Shown: positions 38,842 to 47,725 of the stretch, in pieces
How positions within the stretch are numbered: the stretch's first letter is position 1
How the letters are laid out: every line of letters starts with the position of its first letter
Virus record (IMG/VR): IMGVR_UViG_3300028832_000111
Length of the DNA: 64,000 nt
Strand: one strand, 5' to 3'
DNA from: a virus
Lineage: Duplodnaviria; Heunggongvirae; Uroviricota; Caudoviricetes
Translations under genes and position numbers: made by a program
The notes under the pieces: generated by a model
Database searches by the model: none
Told to the model about the DNA's origin: nothing
What the model saw: the letters and a program-made list of their open reading frames with translations, nothing else

Positions 38842-39423
38842 TCAGCACAGTGTTACAAGTTTATAGATAGTCGGAAGCAGACCACGAGCCACAGCTTTCG
38901 TTTCCACAGTCTCACCTTGTTCGTCGGACAGAAGGTCGTTTACCAACTGCTTTAACTCTTCGGTGACTGAGCGGATGACATCAATCTTAACAGGCGTTTC
39001 CTCACGCATCTTGGATAGCTCGTCGAACTTCGCCTGCAGTTCTGCATACTCCTGTTTGCCACGAGAGAGATTATCTTTCAGGTCGCTTATCTCTGCTTCA
39101 CGAGCCTTGAGTAACGCGGTCTGGTCTATACCTCCGTTCTGATTGGGGTTGTTTCCTTTCTTCATATTGTTTATGTTTTCTATTTCTTTCTTAAGCGCCA
39201 GCTTGCCGGATGCAGACATATTCTTTCGTGAGTTGGGGATCACCTCCAGCTTATCGGCGTTGACGGCAGTTTTGGTGCCGTTGAGAAGTTCTATGGGATA
39301 GACTGATTGGTTCTGTCGGTTCGTTCCCGGCGCATCCAGTATCTTACCCGCCATCATGTAACCTTCGGGTGACATCCAACGGACATATCGTCCTACTTCC
39401 AAGAATTTAACTTTAGGTTTCAT
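38842..39423 (-). CDS. hypothetical coiled-coil protein (193 aa)
   Basis: ORF. Confidence 0.6.
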   Translation of the reverse strand: MKPKVKFLEVGRYVRWMSPEGYMMAGKILDAPGTNRQNQSVYPIELLNGTKTAVNADKLEVIPNSRKNMSASGKLALKKEIENINNMKKGNNPNQNGGIDQTALLKAREAEISDLKDNLSRGKQEYAELQAKFDELSKMREETPVKIDVIRSVTEELKQLVNDLLSDEQGETVETKAVARGLLPTIYKLVTLC

Positions 39424-40007
39424 AATGATAATTCACTTGTAAGTTTCTCTACCAGGTCCTTCACCAAGATATACCAACAGTCATTCACGGCACATCTTAC
39501 AAGCCTTGGGTCCTTATCGTCACCTATGCCGACAATAACAGCATCGCTATCGAATCGTGTACCGGCTTTAGCCATCCTCCATTTCGGACCGTCTGTCTTT
39601 ATCTCCTTTCGGGCTAAATCCATCAGCTCAGGAGAAAGTTTCTGCTTGACAACAGAGATTATCGCATTTGGAGAATCTTCAGGGTGACGCATTGCGTAAT
39701 CAAGAATCTCACATAAGCGGCTCTCGAACTTCGTCAGTTGCACATTTTCCGTCACGACAAACAAATCCATATTGGATTGTGCAATCGGCATGTATAATCC
39801 TTCTGAGTTGAATACCTCATGTCCGAATGTTCCGTCGCCACAGTCTATAAGACCAAGTATGGTGCGTTTATGAGTATCATCCTCATGCTTGGTGTCTCGG
39901 AGATTCCAACAGACAATCTGCACCGGATAGCCGCAACGGGTCTCGACACGGTATTCGCCGGACTCAATCTGCGGTCTGAATTTGGGGTTAAACGGTATCT
40001 TTTCCAT
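39420..40007 (-). CDS. hypothetical protein (195 aa), paralog of 61435..62064
   Basis: Shares the N-terminal KIPFxxKxRPxIESGxYxVxT...V.I.CW region with the 61435..62064 product. Confidence 0.65.
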   Translation of the reverse strand: MEKIPFNPKFRPQIESGEYRVETRCGYPVQIVCWNLRDTKHEDDTHKRTILGLIDCGDGTFGHEVFNSEGLYMPIAQSNMDLFVVTENVQLTKFESRLCEILDYAMRHPEDSPNAIISVVKQKLSPELMDLARKEIKTDGPKWRMAKAGTRFDSDAVIVGIGDDKDPRLVRCAVNDCWYILVKDLVEKLTSELSL

Positions 40008-40530
40008 CTTGTGATGTTTCTTTCTTTTCAGTTTTATTCTGAGCCTCCAGAGCGTTCTTAAACTTCTCCTTGGCTTTCTTGTATTGCTCCCATGCGTTGA
40101 CCACCTTTTTCTGCCACTCGTCGAAGATCCGGTGACAACCCAACAGATGCTTCAGCGCGTTAAGCATGGTCTTGTCTGGCGGTTCCTCCATGAGCTTGAT
40201 GCCTTCGCTCAGCCAATAGTGCCATTTGTAATCTGCGACCTTGGCTTGCCATTTCTTGAACTCGGCAATGGCTTCGTCCTTACGTTTGAGCTTTTCCTCA
40301 AGCTCATCGATATAGGCGAGAAGTTTACCCCTCTCACGCGCCATGTGTTTGATGACGGTCTTGGGGGGAACTTCATTGGTTACGTTCAGCTCAGGAATCC
40401 TGCTTGCCTTTGTTTTCTGATTGTTCATTGCAGCCATCGACGTTTGTTTTTGCGTGATGTTTGGATTTGCGGTTGATGTCATATTGCCATCTAACATGAA
40501 TATCGCCGTCTTCGACAGTGAGGAATCCAT
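39988..40530 (-). CDS. hypothetical coiled-coil protein. Start uncertain.
   Basis: Track ORF; overlaps ORF 40391..40615 in another frame. Confidence 0.45.
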   Translation of the reverse strand: MDSSLSKTAIFMLDGNMTSTANPNITQKQTSMAAMNNQKTKASRIPELNVTNEVPPKTVIKHMARERGKLLAYIDELEEKLKRKDEAIAEFKKWQAKVADYKWHYWLSEGIKLMEEPPDKTMLNALKHLLGCHRIFDEWQKKVVNAWEQYKKAKEKFKNALEAQNKTEKKETSQDGKDTV

Positions 40531-40617
40531 TGGTTATCCCGTTGTTGTATAATGCCTCACAGACATCAGGCAGGGCATAAGGTGCAACCCCGAAATCTAT
40601 GTATTTTGGTTCCATAT

Positions 40618-40878
40618 CTATTGACTCAACTGTATCGCTAATTGAACCTTAACCGGCTCTTGCGGCCAACGCAAATCCTTGAACTGAGGAAAGTCGCTGT
40701 CAAATATCTCAAATGCTTTATCGTTACTTCCCCACCATGTTTCCTCAATGTCATTCTCCTTATGGGGTTCTTTGTAATGAAACCAGAGTGAACCGTCTTT
40801 GTCTCGTGCTACATACCCGTTAATGGAACATAAGGCTATTTCAACAGCTCTTAATTGTTCTCTTTGAATCTCGTCCAT
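40618..40878 (-). CDS. hypothetical protein (86 aa)
   Basis: ORF. Confidence 0.55.
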   Translation of the reverse strand: MDEIQREQLRAVEIALCSINGYVARDKDGSLWFHYKEPHKENDIEETWWGSNDKAFEIFDSDFPQFKDLRWPQEPVKVQLAIQLSQ

Positions 40879-40884
40879 AGGTCA

Positions 40885-41295
40885 TCAAATATCATCAATG
40901 TCTATCTCGTCAACCTTCCAGTTACGGCAGTCCTCAATGACACTCTCCCAGTATCTCTTCTTATCCAGCAGCTCCTTTGTGGGTTTCTCACCCTGGCACT
41001 CCAGGACACCGAAGTATCTCTCCAACGCCTGTTTCTTACGCTCACACTCTTTCTCAAGCAGTTCAAGAAGCTGCGGTATGGTCCTGTGCTCATCCTTGAA
41101 CACCTGTTCCCAATCGGTCTCGCCGACAATCTCAGTGCAGTAACCTTTACCGTCACAATCAATGTGGTCCTCATAGGCGGTGGTTTCAAGTTTAACCTCC
41201 TTGCTTAAGGTGACTATGACCGTCTTCATAAAACCTACCGGTATGGGATCAGGCTCGAAACGCGGGTCTCTGCTGTCATAAGGGTTATCTATCAT
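40885..41295 (-). CDS. hypothetical protein (136 aa)
   Basis: ORF. Confidence 0.6.
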   Translation of the reverse strand: MIDNPYDSRDPRFEPDPIPVGFMKTVIVTLSKEVKLETTAYEDHIDCDGKGYCTEIVGETDWEQVFKDEHRTIPQLLELLEKECERKKQALERYFGVLECQGEKPTKELLDKKRYWESVIEDCRNWKVDEIDIDDI

Positions 41296-41430
41296 GTTGT
41301 TTTCTTGTTGTTCCGTTTGACCTGAAAAACAGGGGAAATTTTCCTTTGATTTCCCAATATTGCCTTTCTCTCACATTTTGGGGCGATAAAATTTCCCCGA
41401 TTCAGGTTTTATTTCCCCTGAAATAATTTG

Positions 41431-41501
41431 TAGTCGTACCTGGAATCGAACCGGGACACACAGAACCAAAGTCTGTTGCGCTACCATTACGCCATACGAC
41501 C
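41431..41501 (-). tRNA. tRNA-Gln(TTG)
   Basis: Hand-folded cloverleaf: acceptor GGTCGTA/TACGACT, D arm GCGT-AATGGTA-GCGC, anticodon arm ACAGA-CTTTGGT-TCTGT (UUG), T loop TTCGATT. No CCA encoded. Confidence 0.7.
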
Positions 41502-41675
41502 GACCATATAGTCAGCGGGGAGGCTGTCAAACCGCCCCGCTTGCTGCAGATGACTTTACTTCCAAGTAACTAACGAATCCAGAAACCTCCGCACCACATC
41601 GTCTGCAGACCCGCCGCGCATACATCACTGCATACGGGACCGGATAAACCAAATAAAAAAGAAATGCCAGTTAGC

Positions 41676-42116
41676 TTACTCCATATTGTGTATCTGTGCC
41701 AGGAATTTGGCATAGATGTCTTGTTCTTTCTTGTAGGATGCCAACGACAGGAAGTCGCGGGCTCTCTTGATGCCGTAAGTCACGGTCGAATGGTCGCGTC
41801 CGAACGCACGACCTATCTGCCCCGTTGTCCACTCCCATTTGTCATACAGGAAGAGGAACAGCAGATAACGGCATGACACGATGTCCCTTTTGTTGGTGTT
41901 CTTAAGAAGCGAGTCTGTATCCAATCCGCTCGCCTCACTCATGGCGGCAATCACCCGGTCAAAGGGCTCATGGTCGTTCTCTATATTGAAGCATCTGACT
42001 GCGCACCATACGGCCAAGATGAAGGGGATCAACGGCCATGCCTCGCCAAGCAGCACTATGAATGCGGCACACGTCATTGCTATGACGGCAAAGACTATCG
42101 TTTTCTGTCTCATCAC
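41676..42116 (-). CDS. membrane-anchored DnaA-C-terminal-like HTH protein (146 aa)
   Basis: N-terminal TM helix. C-terminal IVSCRYLLFLFLYDKWEWTTGQIGRAFGRDHSTVTYGIKRARD resembles DnaA domain IV. Confidence 0.55.
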   Translation of the reverse strand: MMRQKTIVFAVIAMTCAAFIVLLGEAWPLIPFILAVWCAVRCFNIENDHEPFDRVIAAMSEASGLDTDSLLKNTNKRDIVSCRYLLFLFLYDKWEWTTGQIGRAFGRDHSTVTYGIKRARDFLSLASYKKEQDIYAKFLAQIHNME

Positions 42117-42571
42117 TCCGTCTCGTCTTCTTCAAGTTGAATAAAATGAACGCCTCTCGTGGCGTTCTTGTTCTTGATACAATTGGTTATTGTCATATAT
42201 GGGATACCAACCTTATCCGAGCATTCACGTATGGACTTGAATACCTGTCCGGTCTCAACGCACAACACAGGTCGTTTCCATACATAGCTCTTCTTCGGTT
42301 TCTCCTCCACCTCCTCCTCAATCGGCTCTTCAGGAGGTTCTTCGATATGTTTCTCCAGGGATTTCTTCCATCTGTTCCTGGATTTGACTATCTCTATCTC
42401 CACCTGCTCGGCTGTAAGAAGCACAAACCGGCTAATGTCGAATATCGACAGCTCACAGTCCGGACCATTCATAACCTTTATGGTTACGAGGTCATCAAGA
42501 TCCTCGCTGAAATACGAGTTGACATGCCTACCGTGAACAAAAACCGATACGAAATAGTTGTGTTTGTGCAT
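42113..42571 (-). CDS. DNA-binding protein with a NUMOD-like module (152 aa)
   Basis: PVLCVETGQVFKSIRECSDKVGIPYMTITNCIKNKNATRGVHF matches the C-terminal module of the HNH endonuclease at 30058. Confidence 0.5.
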   Translation of the reverse strand: MHKHNYFVSVFVHGRHVNSYFSEDLDDLVTIKVMNGPDCELSIFDISRFVLLTAEQVEIEIVKSRNRWKKSLEKHIEEPPEEPIEEEVEEKPKKSYVWKRPVLCVETGQVFKSIRECSDKVGIPYMTITNCIKNKNATRGVHFIQLEEDETE

Positions 42572-42591
42572 AACCCAGACAGATATAATCG

Positions 42592-43110
42592 TTAATACCT
42601 GATGCTTGTGAAATGAATTACAGCCAGAGGTTTGGAGAGGTCATACCGACGGAACCATTCCATCCAATCCTCAATTTTCAACCCATCGTTATATGCCAGA
42701 AGCTCCTTGCTTACGGATTTGCCGTCAATCTCTATCAGGTTCAAGGAATGCATACCATCCCTGTCAACATCGAACTGCAGTTTCTGTATTCCGATGCCGT
42801 CAGCTTTGGTGAGCACAGCCAGTTGAACCTGTTTGGAAGCGTAAGGCTTACCTGACCACTGACGTATAGACAGCTGGGCTTGACCGGCATCTATCTTTTC
42901 AAAGCGCTTACGCCATAATTCGTAATTGGCACGAATGGTATGACGCTTCCACCAATGGTCAAGCCACTTGTGGGTCGCGGCGGTGAACTTATGCTCGAAG
43001 TCGGTGGGCTCACCGGCGCGTTTATGTGTCACAGGGAAAGTCTGTGATAAAGTAATTACATACGTATTCATCCCTTCTCTCAAAAAGAAAGCCCTACACC
43101 GCAATGGCAC
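42592..43110 (-). CDS. hypothetical protein (172 aa)
   Basis: ORF. Confidence 0.6.
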   Translation of the reverse strand: MPLRCRAFFLREGMNTYVITLSQTFPVTHKRAGEPTDFEHKFTAATHKWLDHWWKRHTIRANYELWRKRFEKIDAGQAQLSIRQWSGKPYASKQVQLAVLTKADGIGIQKLQFDVDRDGMHSLNLIEIDGKSVSKELLAYNDGLKIEDWMEWFRRYDLSKPLAVIHFTSIRY

Positions 43111-43145
43111 GGCATAGGGCTTTCCAACAACAAAATGGTGTACGG

Positions 43146-43655
43146 TTAATTTTCCTTTTTCTCAGCACTCTTCAGATGCTTATCCTTCTCCAGCACATCC
43201 AGGATACGGGTCTTCACGACATCGGCTATCTCATAGTCGGCGTTTGAACCCTTGTAAATCTCGTCACCGATTGCCTTGCGAGCGTTCTCGTTGGAGTCAG
43301 ACTGGACAAGATAATAGTGCGATACGGTCTTGGTCTTGGTGCGGGTGCCACCCTTACGGGTTCTTACCTCTACCTCCTCCTTCATATCAACCTTAACCTT
43401 GTACCAGTTCTCAGCTGCTGCGTCATCAGAGAAACAAATCTCACCGTACTTGGGGCGCAACATACCGCTCACGGTCTTGATAGGACGGTTGGAGTAGTTG
43501 AGCTCCTTGCGGATTCTCTCCTCACCGTCAATGAATGACGCTGCCTCAACTGTGTAGCGTTCTCTCACTGTCTTTGGCAACCCTTTGGGGGTTGTCTCTG
43601 TGATCTCGATGGTTGCTTCCATCCAAAAACCACTTCTACTTCTTAAACCTGCCAT
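43146..43655 (-). CDS. hypothetical protein (169 aa)
   Basis: ORF. Confidence 0.6.
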   Translation of the reverse strand: MAGLRSRSGFWMEATIEITETTPKGLPKTVRERYTVEAASFIDGEERIRKELNYSNRPIKTVSGMLRPKYGEICFSDDAAAENWYKVKVDMKEEVEVRTRKGGTRTKTKTVSHYYLVQSDSNENARKAIGDEIYKGSNADYEIADVVKTRILDVLEKDKHLKSAEKKEN

Positions 43656-43685
43656 ACTATAGATATTTAGTTAAACAATAGGTTT

Positions 43686-44099
43686 CTATGAGAACAAGTC
43701 CGGTGTCACCACCGTCTTCTGATTGATAATCTTGATATATTCAGGGTTCAGTTCATACCCTATGAAGTTGCGATTGTACTTACGGGCGACCCTGGCTGTC
43801 GTGCCACTTCCCATAAACGGGTCAAGCACCAGGCCACCTTTCGGACATCCGGCAAGGATGCAAGGTCTGATGAGCTCTTCGGGATAGACAGCGAAATGAG
43901 CCGCCTTCTCAGGTTTGGTGGCTACACTCCATACATCCCTTTTGTTTCTGACCGGATATTGCTGGTCCGGCAATCCGGCAGCACGTCTGATATGCATCGA
44001 ATTGGGTTGCTGTCCATCATCCTGAAGGTTCTTGAACCTCCATCGCTGATGCCCGTGCGTAGCCATCGTCTGCCTGTTACCCGAAGGCATTATAGGCAT
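43686..44099 (-). CDS. C-terminal half of a beta-class DNA methyltransferase (motif I region). Currently a split gene.
   Basis: RDVWSVATKPEKAAHFAVYPEELIRPCIL...LVLDPFMGSGTTARVARKYNRNFIGYELNPEY. The motif IV (SPPY) half is missing here and lies on the opposite strand at 44106. Confidence 0.8.
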   Translation of the reverse strand: MPIMPSGNRQTMATHGHQRWRFKNLQDDGQQPNSMHIRRAAGLPDQQYPVRNKRDVWSVATKPEKAAHFAVYPEELIRPCILAGCPKGGLVLDPFMGSGTTARVARKYNRNFIGYELNPEYIKIINQKTVVTPDLFS

Positions 44100-44102
44100 A
44101 TT
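44090..44102. repeat. left inverted repeat TTATAGGCATATT of the invertible segment
   Basis: Perfect reverse complement of 44619-44631. Extends to 17 bp with 2 mismatches. Confidence 0.8.
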
Positions 44103-44618
44103 GTAATGGAAATCAACAAAGTTTTCAATGAAGACTGCCTCACCGGAATGAAAAGCCTTCCTGACAACTGCGTTGATTGCTGTGTCACCTCACCGCCATA
44201 TTTCAATCTGCGAGACTACGGTATTGACGGTCAGATAGGTCTGGAGAAGTCACCAGAAGAGTATATCGACAGACTCACCGAAGTATTCACGGAAGTGTTT
44301 CGCGTTCTTAAACCGGAAGGAACGCTCTGGCTGAACCTCGGAGATAGCTATGACAATGCAAAAAGTCTTATCGGTATTCCCTGGATGGCGGCTTTCGCAC
44401 TAAGAGACCGTATCGGATTCCGTCTGAGAAATGACATCATCTGGCATAAGCTGAATCCGCAGCCCGAAAGCATCAAAGACCGCTGTACGAAGGCACATGA
44501 ATATATATTCCTGATGTCAAAACAGGAGAAGTATTTCTTTGACCATGAAGCCATACAGGAGATAGCAACCGGTTATGACGGTCGCAAGGATACCATAATG
44601 CATGGCTCTAAGAAATAT
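44103..44618. mobile_element. putative invertible DNA segment (516 bp) carrying the 5' half of the methyltransferase gene
   Basis: Flanked by perfect 13 bp inverted repeats. Inversion joins ...HGSKKYNMPI to MPSGNRQ... in frame, giving a complete MTase of about 320 aa. Confidence 0.6.
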
Positions 44619-44753
44619 AATATGCCTATAAAGTATGTCTTGATCAGAACGGGATATCTTCGTCTATCGGCGCATCAAAGGGTTTTTCATTATGTGGTGT
44701 TTCCGGCTGCTCCGCTCCAAAATCCAATTCCTGCTGATTCTGCTGCGTCTTGA
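44106..44753 (+). CDS. N-terminal half of the same DNA methyltransferase (motif IV region) on the opposite strand
   Basis: MEINKVFNEDCLTGMKSLPDNCVDCCVTSPPYFNLRDYG...KAHEYIFLMSKQ. Runs out of the segment through the right repeat into unrelated sequence that overlaps the primase gene. Confidence 0.75.
   Translation: MEINKVFNEDCLTGMKSLPDNCVDCCVTSPPYFNLRDYGIDGQIGLEKSPEEYIDRLTEVFTEVFRVLKPEGTLWLNLGDSYDNAKSLIGIPWMAAFALRDRIGFRLRNDIIWHKLNPQPESIKDRCTKAHEYIFLMSKQEKYFFDHEAIQEIATGYDGRKDTIMHGSKKYNMPIKYVLIRTGYLRLSAHQRVFHYVVFPAAPLQNPIPADSAAS
44619..44631. repeat. right inverted repeat AATATGCCTATAA
   Basis: Reverse complement of 44090-44102. Encodes N-M-P-I in both gene halves. Confidence 0.8.
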
Positions 44754-46557
44754 TATTCTCAATTACATAATTGCTGTTATCCCACTTCACTTTATCCATG
44801 TCGGGAGCCACACGCTTCGCGTCCATAGTGGGAATCTCAACGAACCGGGCGTTATTGAAGTTATAGACGAAAGTGTCATGTCCTTTCTGTCCCATGTGAC
44901 GGAACTTCATCTTGGTCACATGCACCTCACCGTAATTACCCTGCTCGTTTCTCCATACGGTGATGCCGATATCAGCCTTGTCGTATATCTCAGATGCACC
45001 CTTACATGAGTACAGGTCACAGACCGGATATAAGCCGTTATCCTGCTTGTATTGTTTGGTGGGATGCATGACGATGAACATTGCAACGTCATACTTCCTG
45101 GCGAACCATCGTATCTTCTGCAGGAAGTCCGAAATATATTCATCCTGCTTGTATATCGTTCGCTTCTCGTCTGTCAGCGAATTGAAAGGGTCAATCACAA
45201 ACGCCTTGATACCTCTCTTGCGGATGAGGAACTTGGCTCTGTCCAAGACTGAGCTTATATCCGTGTCATCAGGATCCACCCAAAAGAAATTCTTGTTGAC
45301 ATACTCCTTCAGGATGCCGTAAGTCTGAGGCGTATAGTTCTGGGATGAGAACCTTTTACCTCCAAGCGTCTCTATGATTTGGGATATATGCAGCGCTACA
45401 GGATAGAACTCAGGAGAGAAGAACGCCACCTTCCATGAGTGAAGGATATTGAGTCTGATCAGAGCGAAATTCAACCATTGGGTTTTGCCGTGCGAAGGGA
45501 TTCCTGTAACGACCGTCACCATTCCGGTATTGAAGGACAGAAGTTTATCCATATCCTCCAATCCCAGGGTTACTCCCTTTTGAAGTCCCGAAGTAAACAG
45601 GTTGTCAAGGTCTGACTCTATGTCAACAAGTTCCTCGACACCTTGGATTCTAATATCCGCAGCACCCTCGAAGCATTCCTTTACCTTCTCCGGTCCATAT
45701 TTGACAAGAACCTCGTTTATATCCTTGCAGTCTTCCGGATACTCAACTATCTTACATACTTCAGCTCCAAACCTTCGTACTATCTCATTCTTGGCTTCAA
45801 CACCCTTCTTGTCACTGTCTGTCGATACATAAATCAGTTCAAGTTTATCAAAGTGGGATTCGGTGAAGTCATCCATCCATTCCAGATTGGTGTTAGCACC
45901 GGACGGCATGGATATGACATGCTTATAGCCGCATTCGATATAAGTGAGAGTATCCGCTTCACCTTCAGTGATGATGCAGATTTTCTTTTCACCCTTCTTG
46001 AATGCGCTCTCTCTTATGCTGTCTATGTTATAGGGGACTACCTTGGCACCGGCAATGAATGCGAAATGCTTGTCCCTTGTGCGATATTTGGTGTTGATAT
46101 GCTCGTCATCAACATAGTAGTTGAAAGCGATACATCCGCGCTTGCAATTGTCTTGCGGGAAAAAGAAATTCTCCTTTGTGACCTTCGCCTCAAGAAGTGT
46201 CTTCTCGCTGATGCCGCGCCCTTTGAAATACTCAACCATGTCCGCATTGAGCTTAGGTTGAAGGTTGGGCTTGACCGAGGGTTTGCGATAAGTCTTGGAC
46301 ATCTGTCTTGTTTCCCTGTCTATTCTCCGCATCATTTCCTCATGCCGGGATTTCAGATAACCGCTCGCACCGCAATAATGGCAGTTATATGCCAGGGTCG
46401 CGCAGTTTATCGAAAGGGATTTATCCCTCTTGTTTCCACGATTCTCATGGCAGAAAGGACAGAAGGTTTTTATGTTACCTGATGACCTGCTGCCTAAGAC
46501 GTGTCTGAAATCCTCTACATAAAGAATATTGTCGCTCATCTGTTGCTCTTGATCCAA
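44644..46557 (-). CDS. T7 gp4-like bifunctional primase-helicase (zinc-ribbon, TOPRIM and DnaB-family helicase domains; 637 aa)
   Basis: CPFCHENRGNKRDKSLSINCATLAYNCHYCGASG zinc ribbon, TOPRIM ICIITEGEADTL, helicase Walker A VTGIPSHGKTQWL. Confidence 0.85.
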   Translation of the reverse strand: MDQEQQMSDNILYVEDFRHVLGSRSSGNIKTFCPFCHENRGNKRDKSLSINCATLAYNCHYCGASGYLKSRHEEMMRRIDRETRQMSKTYRKPSVKPNLQPKLNADMVEYFKGRGISEKTLLEAKVTKENFFFPQDNCKRGCIAFNYYVDDEHINTKYRTRDKHFAFIAGAKVVPYNIDSIRESAFKKGEKKICIITEGEADTLTYIECGYKHVISMPSGANTNLEWMDDFTESHFDKLELIYVSTDSDKKGVEAKNEIVRRFGAEVCKIVEYPEDCKDINEVLVKYGPEKVKECFEGAADIRIQGVEELVDIESDLDNLFTSGLQKGVTLGLEDMDKLLSFNTGMVTVVTGIPSHGKTQWLNFALIRLNILHSWKVAFFSPEFYPVALHISQIIETLGGKRFSSQNYTPQTYGILKEYVNKNFFWVDPDDTDISSVLDRAKFLIRKRGIKAFVIDPFNSLTDEKRTIYKQDEYISDFLQKIRWFARKYDVAMFIVMHPTKQYKQDNGLYPVCDLYSCKGASEIYDKADIGITVWRNEQGNYGEVHVTKMKFRHMGQKGHDTFVYNFNNARFVEIPTMDAKRVAPDMDKVKWDNSNYVIENIKTQQNQQELDFGAEQPETPHNEKPFDAPIDEDIPF

Positions 46558-47369
46558 TCAAGCATCTTTTCCTTGTAAACTTCGCGCCAATATTTCTTGC
46601 CGTTCTCATTCAGCATGTGAAACTCATAGGGGACCATTCCGTATATCTCAGCCTCCTGGGTGTCGTTCAGTTCTTCGTATGCTTTCTGTAATAAAGTCTG
46701 TTCGTCTTCCGGTTCGGGAGTATGGTTATCAAACAACGATGCGGGTTCACGAGGTATATTATTACTTGTAGTACGCCGCTCCTCCCATGTGGCACAACAG
46801 CGCTTCCAGTTCGATATCTTTGTTCTATTACTGCCTTTGCCGTAATGCCAGTCATCCGCTTCGTAATAGTCAAAGAATGCCTTGGCGCTGAAATGATAGC
46901 CTTTTTCTTTTACATACGCCTCTACTTCGTTTAATGTAGGCGGTATAAATAATTTATTTTTTTTCTTAGAAGGAAAAGATTTATCTTTTACTTCTATATC
47001 TATAATATCATTATCAGATTCTACGTTAGTAGAAGATGATATATTATTATCATTATCAGCTACACTTGCCACCTTTTGCTTGCTTTTGCTACCTTTTGCT
47101 ACCTTTTGGTAGCTTTTGGTAGCTTTTGCTATACCGCCCTTACTACCAAATAGTTTGCGTTGCTCACAAATGGAATTATAACGTTCAACATCCCTTTCAA
47201 TTTGTGGCGAAATAAAATTCATTGCCATCTGTGCAACAGGCGAAAGTTTCTTATCTACACCATCAAATATTTTGCTCATTATAGCTTCATAGACCTCAAC
47301 TTTGTCTTGAACGTCTAACCCTTTTAAGGCTAAGTACCAGTCTTTATGAAAAACAAATGAATCTTTCAT
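46536..47369 (-). CDS. putative replication initiator with internal iterons (277 aa), lambda-O-like architecture
   Basis: Lies directly upstream of the primase-helicase. The coding sequence contains a 6x10 bp tandem repeat (47040-47100) and an adjacent tract of about 80% A+T (46925-47040). Confidence 0.5.
   Translation of the reverse strand: MKDSFVFHKDWYLALKGLDVQDKVEVYEAIMSKIFDGVDKKLSPVAQMAMNFISPQIERDVERYNSICEQRKLFGSKGGIAKATKSYQKVAKGSKSKQKVASVADNDNNISSSTNVESDNDIIDIEVKDKSFPSKKKNKLFIPPTLNEVEAYVKEKGYHFSAKAFFDYYEADDWHYGKGSNRTKISNWKRCCATWEERRTTSNNIPREPASLFDNHTPEPEDEQTLLQKAYEELNDTQEAEIYGMVPYEFHMLNENGKKYWREVYKEKMLDWIKSNR
47040..47100. repeat. tandem decamer iterons (G/C)CTTTTG(C/G)TA x6 inside the CDS
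   Basis: gcttttgcta ccttttgcta ccttttggta gcttttggta gcttttgcta. Confidence 0.7.
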
Positions 47370-47375
47370 TGTTAA

Positions 47376-47690
47376 TTACCTTATCCTCATCTCAATTTTC
47401 TCTATCCCAGCTCTGCGACAAGCCTCAAAATAGGCGGGAAGAAATGTGTTGGCGTCAAACCAACGTTTTTCTGCAAGAAACCACAGCCAGTGTTGGCGGT
47501 TCAGAATGTCTGACGATATTTCATAACCGCCGCGCCTGCACATCATGTCACCGCGAGGGGTGAGGAACCAATCAACATTGTATTCCTCATAATCGAGGGT
47601 TTGAGGAGGCTTAAGGATGAACTCATAGGAGTATTTCTGAGTGAAATCTATTGCGTTCATGTAAAACACTTTTAGTGCCCGGAGAGACAA
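47376..47690 (-). CDS. hypothetical protein (104 aa)
   Basis: ORF. Confidence 0.55.
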   Translation of the reverse strand: MSLRALKVFYMNAIDFTQKYSYEFILKPPQTLDYEEYNVDWFLTPRGDMMCRRGGYEISSDILNRQHWLWFLAEKRWFDANTFLPAYFEACRRAGIEKIEMRIR

Positions 47691-47725
47691 CCAAGCCTAA
47701 CCGGGCTATGAATGACATATCCTAA

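Noticed and set aside
44692-45322. Plus-strand ORFs inside the primase-helicase gene (44692, 44960, 45052)
   Set aside because: They are antisense to a gene with unambiguous zinc-ribbon, TOPRIM and DnaB motifs.
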